Assembly (NCBI GenBank): GCA_050250645.1
Contig: JBFWOG010000001.1
Span: forward strand, 335,274-399,273
DNA length: 64,000 nucleotides
Reading direction: 5' to 3'
Origin: Vicinamibacterales bacterium
Lineage (GTDB): Bacteria > Acidobacteriota > Vicinamibacteria > Vicinamibacterales > UBA2999
Every line of letters starts with the position of its first letter. The first letter of the stretch is position 1. Under the pieces are notes generated by a model. It saw nothing but the letters and a program-made list of their open reading frames with translations, did no database searches and was not told the DNA's origin. Positions 26,175 to 34,137 of this stretch are shown here, piece by piece. The position numbers and the translations under genes were made by a program.

Positions 26175-27860
26175 CTAGCTTCGCTTTCGCCTGTCGGGAC
26201 TTTCGCCTTTCGCTTTCGCCTTGGGCGGCACTTTCGCTTTCGCCGCGGCGAGCAGTTCCCGGGCGCCGGCCCTCGCCTGCTCCCCGGCGTCGCCGCCGGC
26301 GATCATGCGCGAGAGCTCCTCGACCCGGCCCGTCTCGTCGAGGCGGCTGACGGAGGTCATGGTCCGGGCGCCCCGGACCTGCTTCTCGATGTGGAAGTGC
26401 ACGGCCCCCGCGGCAGCAATCTGGGGCAGGTGCGTGATGCACAGGACCTGGAAGCGCTCGCCCAGCCGCCGGAGCTTCTGCCCCACCACCGTCGCGACCC
26501 GCCCGCCGATGCCGGCGTCCACCTCGTCGAAGATCAGGGTCCGGCCGGGCTGGTCGCCGACGGCGAGCGTCTTGAGGGCGAGCATCACGCGCGACAGCTC
26601 GCCGCCCGAGACGATGCGGGCCAGGGGGCGGAGCTCTTCCCCGGGGTTCGGCGAGAGGTAGAACTCCCCCTGGTCGATCCCCTGCGCCGACCAGCGGTCC
26701 TCTCCCCCGCGGGGGCCGAGGCGGACCTCGAAGCGGGTGCGCTCCATGGCGAGGTCGGCCAGCTCGGCCTCGAGCGCCCGGGCGAATCGCGGGGCGGCGC
26801 TCCGCCTGGCGTCCGACAGGGCCCCCGCCGCCGCCAGGTAGGCCGCAGACGCCGAGGCCAGGTCGCGCTCGATGGAGGCCTGGTCGGCGGTGCCCCCCGT
26901 GAGCGCCTCGCGCTCCGACCGGAGCGCCTCCCGCGTGGTGATGACGTCGTCGAGCGTCGGGCCATGCTTCCGCTTGAGCCGCTCGATGAGGGCGAGCCGC
27001 TCCTCGACCTCCTGGAGCCGCCCCGGTGACGCGTCGATGCCGTCGCCGAAGTCCCGAAGCGTCGACGCCAGGTCCTCGAGCTCGGCCTTGATGCCGTCGC
27101 GGGCGGCGAGGTAGGGGGCGAACCGCCCGTCCATGGCGGCCAGCTCCCCCACGTTCTTCCAGACGTGCGCGAGGGCGGCCAGGACCGAGGCCTCGGCCTC
27201 GTAGAGCTCGCCGTAGCTCTCCTGGCAGAGGCGCTGGATGCGGTCGGCGTTGCGGAGCACCTGGCGGAGCGCGCCGAGTTCCTCGTCCTCGCCGGCCACG
27301 GGGGCAGCCTTGTCGAGCTCGGCGAGCTGGAACTCGACCAGCTCGAGCCGGGCGCCGCGCTCCCGGTCGTCCATGCGCAGGCGGTCGAGGCTGTCGCGCA
27401 GGCGGCGGACGCGGTCGAAGGCGGCGGCCACCTCGTCTCGCGCGGGCGTGAGGCCGGCCCAGGCGTCGAGCAGCGGCAGGTGCTGCTCCGGGTCGAGCAG
27501 CTGCTGGTGTTCGTGCTGGCCGTGCAACTCGACCAGCCGCGCCGAGAGGTCCTTGAGGGCGCCGGCCGTGGCGAGGGCGCCGTTGATGAACGCGCGGCTG
27601 CGACCCTGGCTCGTGATCTCGCGGCGCACGACGACCTCGGCGCCGGTCTCGTCCTCGAAGATGGCCTCGACGCTGGCGAGGTCCTCGCCGGTCCGGAGCA
27701 GTTCCTGCGAGGCGCGGCCGCCGAGCAGGAGTCCCACGGCCTCGACGAGGATGGACTTGCCGGCCCCGGTCTCGCCGGTCAGGATATTGAACGCTTGTTC
27801 AAACTCGACGGCCACCGACTCGATGACCGCCAGGTTGCGGATGGCGAGGTAGCGGATCAT
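26175..27860 (-). CDS. recN: DNA repair protein RecN
   Basis: MIRYLAIRNLAVIESVAVEF...LTGETGAGKSILVEA Walker A, long coiled coil, and C-terminal SGGELSRVMLALK with LIFDEVDAGIGG. The start is taken at 27860. Confidence 0.9.
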   Translation of the reverse strand: MIRYLAIRNLAVIESVAVEFEQAFNILTGETGAGKSILVEAVGLLLGGRASQELLRTGEDLASVEAIFEDETGAEVVVRREITSQGRSRAFINGALATAGALKDLSARLVELHGQHEHQQLLDPEQHLPLLDAWAGLTPARDEVAAAFDRVRRLRDSLDRLRMDDRERGARLELVEFQLAELDKAAPVAGEDEELGALRQVLRNADRIQRLCQESYGELYEAEASVLAALAHVWKNVGELAAMDGRFAPYLAARDGIKAELEDLASTLRDFGDGIDASPGRLQEVEERLALIERLKRKHGPTLDDVITTREALRSEREALTGGTADQASIERDLASASAAYLAAAGALSDARRSAAPRFARALEAELADLAMERTRFEVRLGPRGGEDRWSAQGIDQGEFYLSPNPGEELRPLARIVSGGELSRVMLALKTLAVGDQPGRTLIFDEVDAGIGGRVATVVGQKLRRLGERFQVLCITHLPQIAAAGAVHFHIEKQVRGARTMTSVSRLDETGRVEELSRMIAGGDAGEQARAGARELLAAAKAKVPPKAKAKGESPDRRKRS

Positions 27861-27916
27861 GGGCGGCCCCGTGGCCCCGGCCGGAACGGCAGAGGCAGGC
27901 AGAACTTCCATCGTAT

Positions 27917-27953
27917 CATGGGTTTGACAGAATTTCCCATGGTGTGTTAGGTT
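27917..27953 (+). promoter_or_regulatory. Candidate sigma70-type promoter for tolQ with an overlapping inverted repeat
   Basis: TTGACA (27924-27929), an 18-bp spacer, then TGT-TAGGTT (extended -10, 27945-27953), 55 nt upstream of the tolQ start. CATGGG-N13-CCCATG (27917-27941) brackets the -35. Identified by eye only. Confidence 0.35.
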
Positions 27954-28008
27954 TGCACAACCGCGCTATCCCAGCAGCGCACTCCCCAATGGAACGGAAC
28001 CGGAGGCT

Positions 28009-28758
28009 TTGTTGCCGACGCCTGGATTGTCTGTCCTGGCACTGCAACTCGAAGGCAGTGCTACGCCTGCTCGGGGGGCTGCGGGAGACTTCCTCTCGCT
28101 GATCTCCGAGTCGAGCCCTGTCGCGAAAGCGGTGCTCGTCATCCTGCTCATCTTCTCGGTGGTGTCCTGGGCCATCATTCTCTACAAGGCCTGGGCGTTT
28201 CGCCGCATCGAGCGGCAGAGCAAGACCTTCATCGACGTCTTCCGGAAGAGCACGAAGTTCTCGGAAGTCCAAGCCGTCTGCAAGTCGCTCGCGGAGAGTC
28301 CGCTGGTCGGCTTGTTCCAGGCGGGCTACGCGGAGCTCAACCAGCAGCTCCGCCACCCGGCCAGTCCCGAGGGCGCTCCGTCGCGTCCAACTCTCAGGAG
28401 CCTCGCGTCGATTGACCGCGCGCTGCTCCGCGCCTCGTCCGTCGAGGTGAACAAGCTCGAGACGCGGGTGACGTTCCTCGCCACGACGGCGAGCATCGCG
28501 CCCTTCATCGGGTTGTTCGGGACCGTGTGGGGGATCATGGCGGCCTTCCAGAACATCGGCGGCCAGGGCTCGACCGACCTGGCCGTGGTCGCGCCCGGCA
28601 TCGCCGAGGCGCTCGTTGCGACGGCCGCGGGCCTCTTCGCGGCGATCCCTGCCGTCTATTTCTACAACCACCTCTCGACGAAGGTGAAGCTCTACGCGTC
28701 GGAGATGGACGACTTCGCGCTGGAGTTCCTGAACATCTGCGAAAGGAACTTCACCTAA
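28009..28758 (+). CDS. tolQ: Tol-Pal system proton channel TolQ (MotA/TolQ/ExbB family)
   Basis: VLVILLIFSVVSWAIILYK...APFIGLFGTVWGIMAAF...PGIAEALVATAAGLFAAIPAVYFYN. TTG start 28009/28012 after a GGAGG. It is the first gene of a tolQRA-B-pal-cpoB array. Confidence 0.8.
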   Translation: MLPTPGLSVLALQLEGSATPARGAAGDFLSLISESSPVAKAVLVILLIFSVVSWAIILYKAWAFRRIERQSKTFIDVFRKSTKFSEVQAVCKSLAESPLVGLFQAGYAELNQQLRHPASPEGAPSRPTLRSLASIDRALLRASSVEVNKLETRVTFLATTASIAPFIGLFGTVWGIMAAFQNIGGQGSTDLAVVAPGIAEALVATAAGLFAAIPAVYFYNHLSTKVKLYASEMDDFALEFLNICERNFT

Positions 28759-29219
28759 TGCCGAAGGTGATGGCCCTGCCCGACAGCGGGCCCGGCCGCG
28801 GGCGGCGGCGGCGCGTGCAGTCCACGCTGTCGGAGATCAACGTGATCCCGCTCGTGGACGTCATGCTCGTCCTCCTCATCATCTTCATGGTCGCGGCCCC
28901 GATGCTGCAGCGGGGGGTGGAGGTCAACCTCCCCGTCGCAAGGCGGGCGCAGCGACTGTCGGAAGAGCGCCTGTACGTGACCGTCCCGCTCTCCTACCGC
29001 CAGGACCACCGCGTCTGGATCGACGACGAGGCCGTCCCGGTGGACGCGCTGGCGGAGCGGATGCGCCAGGCCATGGAGCCGCTCGAGCAGAAAGAGGTGT
29101 TCCTCCGCGGCGACGGCGCGGTGGAGTTCCAGGAGCTGCTCGAGGTGATGGACTACCTCAAGGACGGCGGCGTCGAGCGGGTCGGGCTCGTCGCCCAGCC
29201 GGCGGGCCAGGGCCGGTAG
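28758..29219 (+). CDS. tolR: TolR (ExbD/TolR family)
   Basis: SEINVIPLVDVMLVLLIIFMVAAP signature. The start overlaps the tolQ stop (TAATG). Confidence 0.8.
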   Translation: MPKVMALPDSGPGRGRRRRVQSTLSEINVIPLVDVMLVLLIIFMVAAPMLQRGVEVNLPVARRAQRLSEERLYVTVPLSYRQDHRVWIDDEAVPVDALAERMRQAMEPLEQKEVFLRGDGAVEFQELLEVMDYLKDGGVERVGLVAQPAGQGR

Positions 29220-29223
29220 GCGG

Positions 29224-30006
29224 ATGGACACGGTCAGCCAGGTCCTCGCCGGCCGGGCCCGCGACGCCGCGGGCCTCGACCGCATGCTCGGGGCGTCGAT
29301 CGCGGCGCACGTGGTGCTGCTCGTGCTCGTCGCGATCAGCCCGTCGTTCTCGGTGCCGCAGGCCGAGCCCGAGGCGGTGATGACGATCAGCCTCGGCGGC
29401 GCCCCCGGTCCCCGGAACGGCGGCATGACCCCGATGGGCGGGCGTCCCGTGCAGCAGGTCCGCCCGCCCGAGGCCACGCCGGTCCGCGAGGCCGTCCGCG
29501 CGCCCGCGGCCCGCGAGCCGGAAATGGTCGAGCCGACGAAGACGGCGCCGCGCAAGACCGAGACGAAGGTGCCGACGGCGCCGGTCCAGAAGCGGACGCC
29601 CGTCAGCCGCACGCCCACGAAGGGCGACCAGGTGCAGGCGGGCAACGCCGTGGCCGACACCGGCGGCAAGGGCCAGGGCTTCGGCCTGACCCAGGGGGGC
29701 GGCGGCACCGGCGCGACCGTCGACGTGGGCGACTTCTGCTGCCCCGACTACCTGACGACGATGCTCGACCTGATCAACCGGAACTGGAGCTCCAAGCAGC
29801 AGGTCGCCGGGCTGGCGCTCATGCAGTTCACCATCCAGCGCGACGGGACGATCACGGGCATCACGACCGAGCGGTCGAGCGGCTACGCCGCGCTCGACCT
29901 CCTGGCGCAGCGGGCCCTGGTCCTGACGCGGCAGTTCCCGCCGCTCCCGGCGCAGTTCACCCAGCCGTCCCTGACGGTGCATCTCCGATTCGAGTACGAG
30001 CGTTGA
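29224..30006 (+). CDS. TolA-position protein with a TonB C-terminal-type domain
   Basis: N-terminal TM helix, Pro/Thr/Lys-rich spacer, and a C-terminal domain (YLTTMLDLINRNWS...MQFTIQRDGTITGI...SSGYAALDLLAQRAL) like TonB_C. It occupies the tolA slot. Confidence 0.65.
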   Translation: MDTVSQVLAGRARDAAGLDRMLGASIAAHVVLLVLVAISPSFSVPQAEPEAVMTISLGGAPGPRNGGMTPMGGRPVQQVRPPEATPVREAVRAPAAREPEMVEPTKTAPRKTETKVPTAPVQKRTPVSRTPTKGDQVQAGNAVADTGGKGQGFGLTQGGGGTGATVDVGDFCCPDYLTTMLDLINRNWSSKQQVAGLALMQFTIQRDGTITGITTERSSGYAALDLLAQRALVLTRQFPPLPAQFTQPSLTVHLRFEYER

Positions 30007-31385
30007 TGATTCACCCGACCAGAGCCCTGCCCCTCCTGGCCCTCCTCGCGGCCGCCGTCGTCGTGACGGCGCAGGAGCCCCAGGCCCCGGCCAGCCAGCA
30101 GCCCGCGCCCCAGCAGCCCGCCTCGATCGGGTTGAGCCTGCGCGGCGACTCCGGCACCCCGCCCCGGCTGGCGGTCCCCGACTTCCTGGTCGCCGCCGGC
30201 GACCGCGAGGCGGAGGCCGCGGCGAAGACGATTGCCGAGGTGCTGTGGGCCGACCTCGACTTCGAGCGGGAGTTCTACATGATCCCGCGCGACACCTACC
30301 GCAGCATCCCGAAGGCCCCCTCGGTGGGCGCGCCGCCGTTCGACCGCTGGCGCGAGCTCGGCGCCGACGGCGTCGTGATCGGCCTGGTCCAGAAGACGGG
30401 CGGGTCGATCCGCGTCGAGGTCCGGCTGTTCAACATCCGGGCGCGGCAGGAGATCCTCGCGCGGGAGTACACGGGGTCGGCCTCGAACCCGCGGCTCTAC
30501 GCCCACACGATCTCGGACGAGATCCACCAGACACAGCGGTCGCTGGCCGGGGTGGCCCGCACCCGGCTCACCTTCTCGTCCGACCGCAACCGCGAGCGCG
30601 TCACCGGCACGGTCGAGAACCGCGACGTCAAGGAGGTCTACATCTCCGACTACGACGGCGCGAACCAGCGGCGGGTCACCGTGAACCGCCAGCTCAACAT
30701 CTTCCCGTCGTGGTCGCCCGACGGCCGGTCGATCGCGTACACCTCCTACCGGACGGGCTTCCCCGACATCCTCATCTCGAACATCTTCGAGGGGACGCTC
30801 GAGCACCCGACCGACGGGAAGACGCAGAACTCCCTCCCGGTGTTCTCGCCCGACGGGACGAAGATTGCCTTCATGTCCACGCGGGACGGGGCGGGCAACA
30901 CCGAGATCTACGTCATGGACCGGGACGGCTCGAACGTGCGCCGCCTCACGAACAACCCGGCGGCCGACGCGACGCCGACCTGGTCGCCGACCGGCACCCA
31001 GATCGCCTTCACGTCCGACCGCTCGGGCTCCCCGCAGATCTGGGTCATCGGGGCCGACGGCCTGGGGCTGCGCCGCCTGACCTACGAGTCGTACGCGGAC
31101 CGCGCGACCTGGTCGCCGGCCCCCTACAACGAGATCGCCTTCGCATCGCGGACCGGGCCCGGCTACGACATCAAGATCCTGGCCGTGGCCACGGGCGAAA
31201 TCCGGCAGATCACCTTCGGCGAGGGCACCAACGAGAGCCCGGCCTGGGCCCCGAACGGGCGCCACCTGGCGTTCATGTCGACGCGCGCGGGCCGGAGCCA
31301 GATCTTCACCGTCGACCGGGACGGCCGGAACGTCCGGCAACTCACCCGCGACGGGAACAACTTCACGCCGAACTGGTCAAAGTAG
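30003..31385 (+). CDS. tolB: Tol-Pal system beta-propeller protein TolB
   Basis: Repeated WSPDG / FSPDGTKIAF / WSPTGTQIAFTSDRSG blades and an N-terminal TolB domain. The start is TTG 30003 or ATG 30006, overlapping the upstream stop. Confidence 0.9.
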   Translation: MMIHPTRALPLLALLAAAVVVTAQEPQAPASQQPAPQQPASIGLSLRGDSGTPPRLAVPDFLVAAGDREAEAAAKTIAEVLWADLDFEREFYMIPRDTYRSIPKAPSVGAPPFDRWRELGADGVVIGLVQKTGGSIRVEVRLFNIRARQEILAREYTGSASNPRLYAHTISDEIHQTQRSLAGVARTRLTFSSDRNRERVTGTVENRDVKEVYISDYDGANQRRVTVNRQLNIFPSWSPDGRSIAYTSYRTGFPDILISNIFEGTLEHPTDGKTQNSLPVFSPDGTKIAFMSTRDGAGNTEIYVMDRDGSNVRRLTNNPAADATPTWSPTGTQIAFTSDRSGSPQIWVIGADGLGLRRLTYESYADRATWSPAPYNEIAFASRTGPGYDIKILAVATGEIRQITFGEGTNESPAWAPNGRHLAFMSTRAGRSQIFTVDRDGRNVRQLTRDGNNFTPNWSK

Positions 31386-31394
31386 GGAGACGGT

Positions 31395-31441
31395 GGTGCG
31401 CCACGGCGGTGCGGCACGAAGGTGCCGCCCCCTGGCGCACC
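31395..31441 (+). promoter_or_regulatory. GC-rich nested stem-loop between tolB and pal
   Basis: Outer stem GGTGCGCCA/TGGCGCACC (9 bp) encloses inner stem GCGGCAC-GAAG-GTGCCGC (7 bp). It starts 10 nt after the tolB stop and has no T-tract. Confidence 0.5.
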
Positions 31442-31478
31442 GGCGCGACCCACCGACGTGCGCAGCACTGGATAGGAT

Positions 31479-32066
31479 ATGAACATGAACGATATGCGCA
31501 GACTCATGAGCCTGGCGGCCGTCGCCGTGGTGGTGATGCTGACCGTGGCGGCGTGCGCGAAGAAGCAGCCGCCGGTCGCGCGGCCGATGCCGCCGCCCGC
31601 CGCGACCAATGCCGCCCCGCCGCCGCCGCCCACGCCGCCGCAGCCGGTCTCCGAGCCGGTGCCGGTGCCGCCGGAGCCGCTGGCCGAGGACACGATCGGG
31701 TCGCGGTCGCTCGACGACCTCAACCGCGACTCCCCGCTCGCGCCCGTCTTCTACGATCTCGACAGCTCCGAGGTGTCGGCCGAGGGCCAGGCGGTCCTCC
31801 AGGAGTCGGCCGAGGTGCTCCGCCGCTACCCCACCTGGCAGGTGACCATCGAGGGCCACTGTGACGAGCGCGGCACCGCCGAGTACAACCTCGCCCTGGG
31901 CGAGCGCCGGGCGGTCTCGGCCCGCGACTACCTCGTGTCGCTCGGCATCGCCGCCGACCGGCTCCGGGTGGTGAGCTACGGCAAGGAGTTCCCGTTCGAC
32001 CCCGGCCACGACGACGCGGCCTGGGCCCAGAACCGGCGGGCGCACTTCGTCATCACGGCCAAGTGA
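31479..32066 (+). CDS. pal: Peptidoglycan-associated lipoprotein Pal (OmpA family)
   Basis: Lipobox LTVAAC, Pro-rich linker, and OmpA-C domain [22 protein letters not shown]...NRRAHFV. Confidence 0.85.
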   Translation: MNMNDMRRLMSLAAVAVVVMLTVAACAKKQPPVARPMPPPAATNAAPPPPPTPPQPVSEPVPVPPEPLAEDTIGSRSLDDLNRDSPLAPVFYDLDSSEVSAEGQAVLQESAEVLRRYPTWQVTIEGHCDERGTAEYNLALGERRAVSARDYLVSLGIAADRLRVVSYGKEFPFDPGHDDAAWAQNRRAHFVITAK

Positions 32067-32995
32067 GCCGGGAGATAATGGGCACCATGCCCAGACTCGA
32101 TCGAGGAGCCATGAGCCGACGCTTCCTGCAGGCCGCGCTGGTGACGGCCGCGCTGCTGGCCGCCGCGCCGCCGGCGGCCGCGCAGTCGCGCCGTGAGATG
32201 CAGATGATGGCGGACATCCGCATGCTGCAGGAGCAGACGCAACAGCTGCAGCAGCAGCTCGACGCGGCGCTCGCGCGCATCGGTGACGCCCTCACGACGA
32301 TCTCGGGACGGCTGGACGAGCAGACCGAGGTCAACCGGAAGGCCTTCGCCGACCAGAAGCTGGTCGTGGACCAGCTCGGCAGCGACCTCCGGGTCGTCCG
32401 CGAACGCGTGGACGAGACCAACGTCCGCATCACGTCGCTCTCGCAGGAGGTCGAGGCGCTGCGCCTCTCCATCCCCCAGTACCCCACGGCGATGGACCCG
32501 GCGGCCGGGGGCGACACGCCGCCCGCGCCGGTGGCCCCCGGGGTCGATCCCGCGGCGGCCCCGCCGCCGGCCGCCCCGCCCGTGGCCGCGGCCCCCGGGA
32601 TCTCGCCCCAGCGGCTGTACGACACGGCGTGGGCCGACTACACCGCCGGGCAGTGGACGCTCTGCATCGAGGGGTTCAACACCTACCTGCGCACGTTCCC
32701 GCGCTCGGAGCTCGCCGACGAGGCGCAGTACTACATCGGCGAGTGCTACTTCGCCGACGGCAAGTTCACCGACGCGGTGGACGCCTACACCCGGGTCGCC
32801 GCGAGCTACCCGACCGGCGAGGCCGTGCCCAACGCCTACTACAAGCGGGGCATCGCCTTCGACCGGCTCGGCCAGCCGGACCAGGCGAAGGAGTCCTTCG
32901 AGTTCGTGATCAAGAATTACCCGGACAGCGACGCCGCGCGGCTGGCGAAGCAGAACCTGGACCGCCTCAGCCGGGGACGGCCACCGGGCGCCTGA
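32063..32995 (+). CDS. cpoB: Tol-Pal system protein CpoB/YbgF (coiled coil plus TPR)
   Basis: N-terminal coiled coil ([14 protein letters not shown]). C-terminal TPR block [14 protein letters not shown]...[15 protein letters not shown]...AYYKRGIAF...[17 protein letters not shown]. It is the last gene of the tol-pal array. Confidence 0.75.
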   Translation: MSREIMGTMPRLDRGAMSRRFLQAALVTAALLAAAPPAAAQSRREMQMMADIRMLQEQTQQLQQQLDAALARIGDALTTISGRLDEQTEVNRKAFADQKLVVDQLGSDLRVVRERVDETNVRITSLSQEVEALRLSIPQYPTAMDPAAGGDTPPAPVAPGVDPAAAPPPAAPPVAAAPGISPQRLYDTAWADYTAGQWTLCIEGFNTYLRTFPRSELADEAQYYIGECYFADGKFTDAVDAYTRVAASYPTGEAVPNAYYKRGIAFDRLGQPDQAKESFEFVIKNYPDSDAARLAKQNLDRLSRGRPPGA

Positions 32996-33052
32996 GCACC
33001 GCCGCGGACACCGAAACGACGTGACGAGGTCAGAGAAAGCGAGACGAGTCGA

Positions 33053-33487
33053 ATGGGCAGCGTGAACAAGGTGATTCTGGTGGGCAACCTCGGGCGCGAC
33101 GCGGAAGTGCGCGTGACCCCCTCTGGCGCGTCGGTCGCCAGCTTCAGCATCGCGACCACCGAGAACTGGACGTCGAAGGACGGCGAGAAGCACGAGCAGA
33201 CCGAGTGGCACCGCATCGTGCTCTGGGGCCGCAGCGCCGAGGCCCTGCAGCCGTACCTGACCAAGGGCAAGCAGATCTACGTGGAGGGCCGCCTCCAGAC
33301 CCGCCAGTGGGAGAAGGACGGCCAGAAGCACTACACCACCGAGATCAAGTCCGACCGGATCGTCCTGCTCGGCGGCGGCGGCGGCCGCGGCGGCGGCGAC
33401 CGCCAGCTCGATCGCGGCGACCAGGGCGGCTACGGCGACCCGATGAAGGAAGCCTCGCCCATCACGGACGACGATATTCCATTTTAG
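33053..33487 (+). CDS. ssb: Single-stranded DNA-binding protein
   Basis: OB fold [20 protein letters not shown]...[10 protein letters not shown], Gly-rich tail and the canonical C-terminal DDDIPF. Confidence 0.95.
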   Translation: MGSVNKVILVGNLGRDAEVRVTPSGASVASFSIATTENWTSKDGEKHEQTEWHRIVLWGRSAEALQPYLTKGKQIYVEGRLQTRQWEKDGQKHYTTEIKSDRIVLLGGGGGRGGGDRQLDRGDQGGYGDPMKEASPITDDDIPF

Positions 33488-33724
33488 ATTTCAGATCTCA
33501 GATCTCAGATTGCGAGGGAGGCGTATTGGTGCGCTCCTGAAACAGAGTGCAGTCGGGGATCGACTCGATCGAAAAGGGGGACCACGCGGGAGGCGGCAGC
33601 CTCTTCCGGGGTCCCCTTTTCGATGTACGCCTGGTCGCTGGCCGCGTCACCCGGGCAATGGGCGGAAATCCCGGCGCGGCGTCCCAATCTGAGATCTGAA
33701 ATCTGAGATCTGAAATCCGAGATG
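33484..33724. repeat. Inverted heptamer-repeat arms enclosing a ~167-bp insert (element D)
   Basis: Left arm is TTAGATTTCAGATCTCAGATCTCAGATTGCGAG (33484-33516, includes the ssb TAG). Right arm is CCAATCTGAGATCTGAAATCTGAGATCTGAAATCCGAGATG (33684-33724), ending 5 bp before the cupin gene stop. Confidence 0.85.
33568..33624. terminator. Bidirectional intrinsic terminator between ssb and the cupin gene
   Basis: ATCGAAAAGGGGGACC...GGGGTCCCCTTTTCGAT. This is a long, nearly continuous GC-rich stem with an A-run on one side and a T-run on the other, so either strand reads as stem plus U-tract. Confidence 0.7.
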
Positions 33725-33728
33725 GGTC

Positions 33729-34079
33729 CTACGTCCGGTTGTACCGGTCCTCGAGCCGCACCACGTCGTCGACCTGCGGGGTCGAGACCTCGTACACGTC
33801 CGTGTCCTCGATGGCCGTCATGCGGTGCACGGTCAGCGGCGTCACGTGGACGGCCTCGCCCGGGCCCATCTCCCGGCTCGTCAGCGTCTCCCCCACCTTC
33901 ATCTCGAAGAGGATGCGGCCGCTCGCCACGAAGATCGTCTCGTCCTTCTGGTTGTGGTACTGCAGGCTCAGGGCGTGGCCCTTGTTGATGTGGATCAGCT
34001 TCCCCACGTACTGCGGGGTGTGCGCCCACCAGAGCTCGTAGCCCCACGGCTTCTCGACACGATGTAGCGGCTCACTCAC
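33729..34079 (-). CDS. Cupin domain protein (mannose-6-phosphate isomerase type II C-terminal-like)
   Basis: 116 aa: KPWGYELWWAHTPQYVGKLIHINKGHALSLQYHNQKDETIFVASG, a typical two-His cupin motif. Confidence 0.7.
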   Translation of the reverse strand: MSEPLHRVEKPWGYELWWAHTPQYVGKLIHINKGHALSLQYHNQKDETIFVASGRILFEMKVGETLTSREMGPGEAVHVTPLTVHRMTAIEDTDVYEVSTPQVDDVVRLEDRYNRT

Positions 34080-34137
34080 GGTCGAACACTCCTCTCGCCG
34101 GGATGCCCGGCATCACGAACAGGGGACATGGCGCGGG

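Noticed and set aside
27861-28008. I looked for an SOS/LexA operator upstream of recN: CTGT-N8-ACAG, GTTC-N7-GTTC, or GAAC-N4-GTTC types.
   Set aside because: No convincing match was found by eye. GAAC occurs at about 27903 and as GGAACGGAACC at about 27991, but with the wrong spacing. The only clear dyad (CATGGG-N13-CCCATG) overlaps the putative tolQ -35 and is reported there with low confidence.
33517-33683. The insert of element D as a possible small RNA gene. GGGAGGCGGCAGCC vaguely recalls the SRP RNA GGAAGCAGCC motif. There is also a 60-aa ORF at 33510-33692.
   Set aside because: The match to the SRP domain IV consensus is only a few bases, and the segment is better explained as the loop-proximal part of a bidirectional terminator stem. 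The ORF is Arg/Gly/Pro-rich, uses a non-ATG start and runs through the terminator hairpin.
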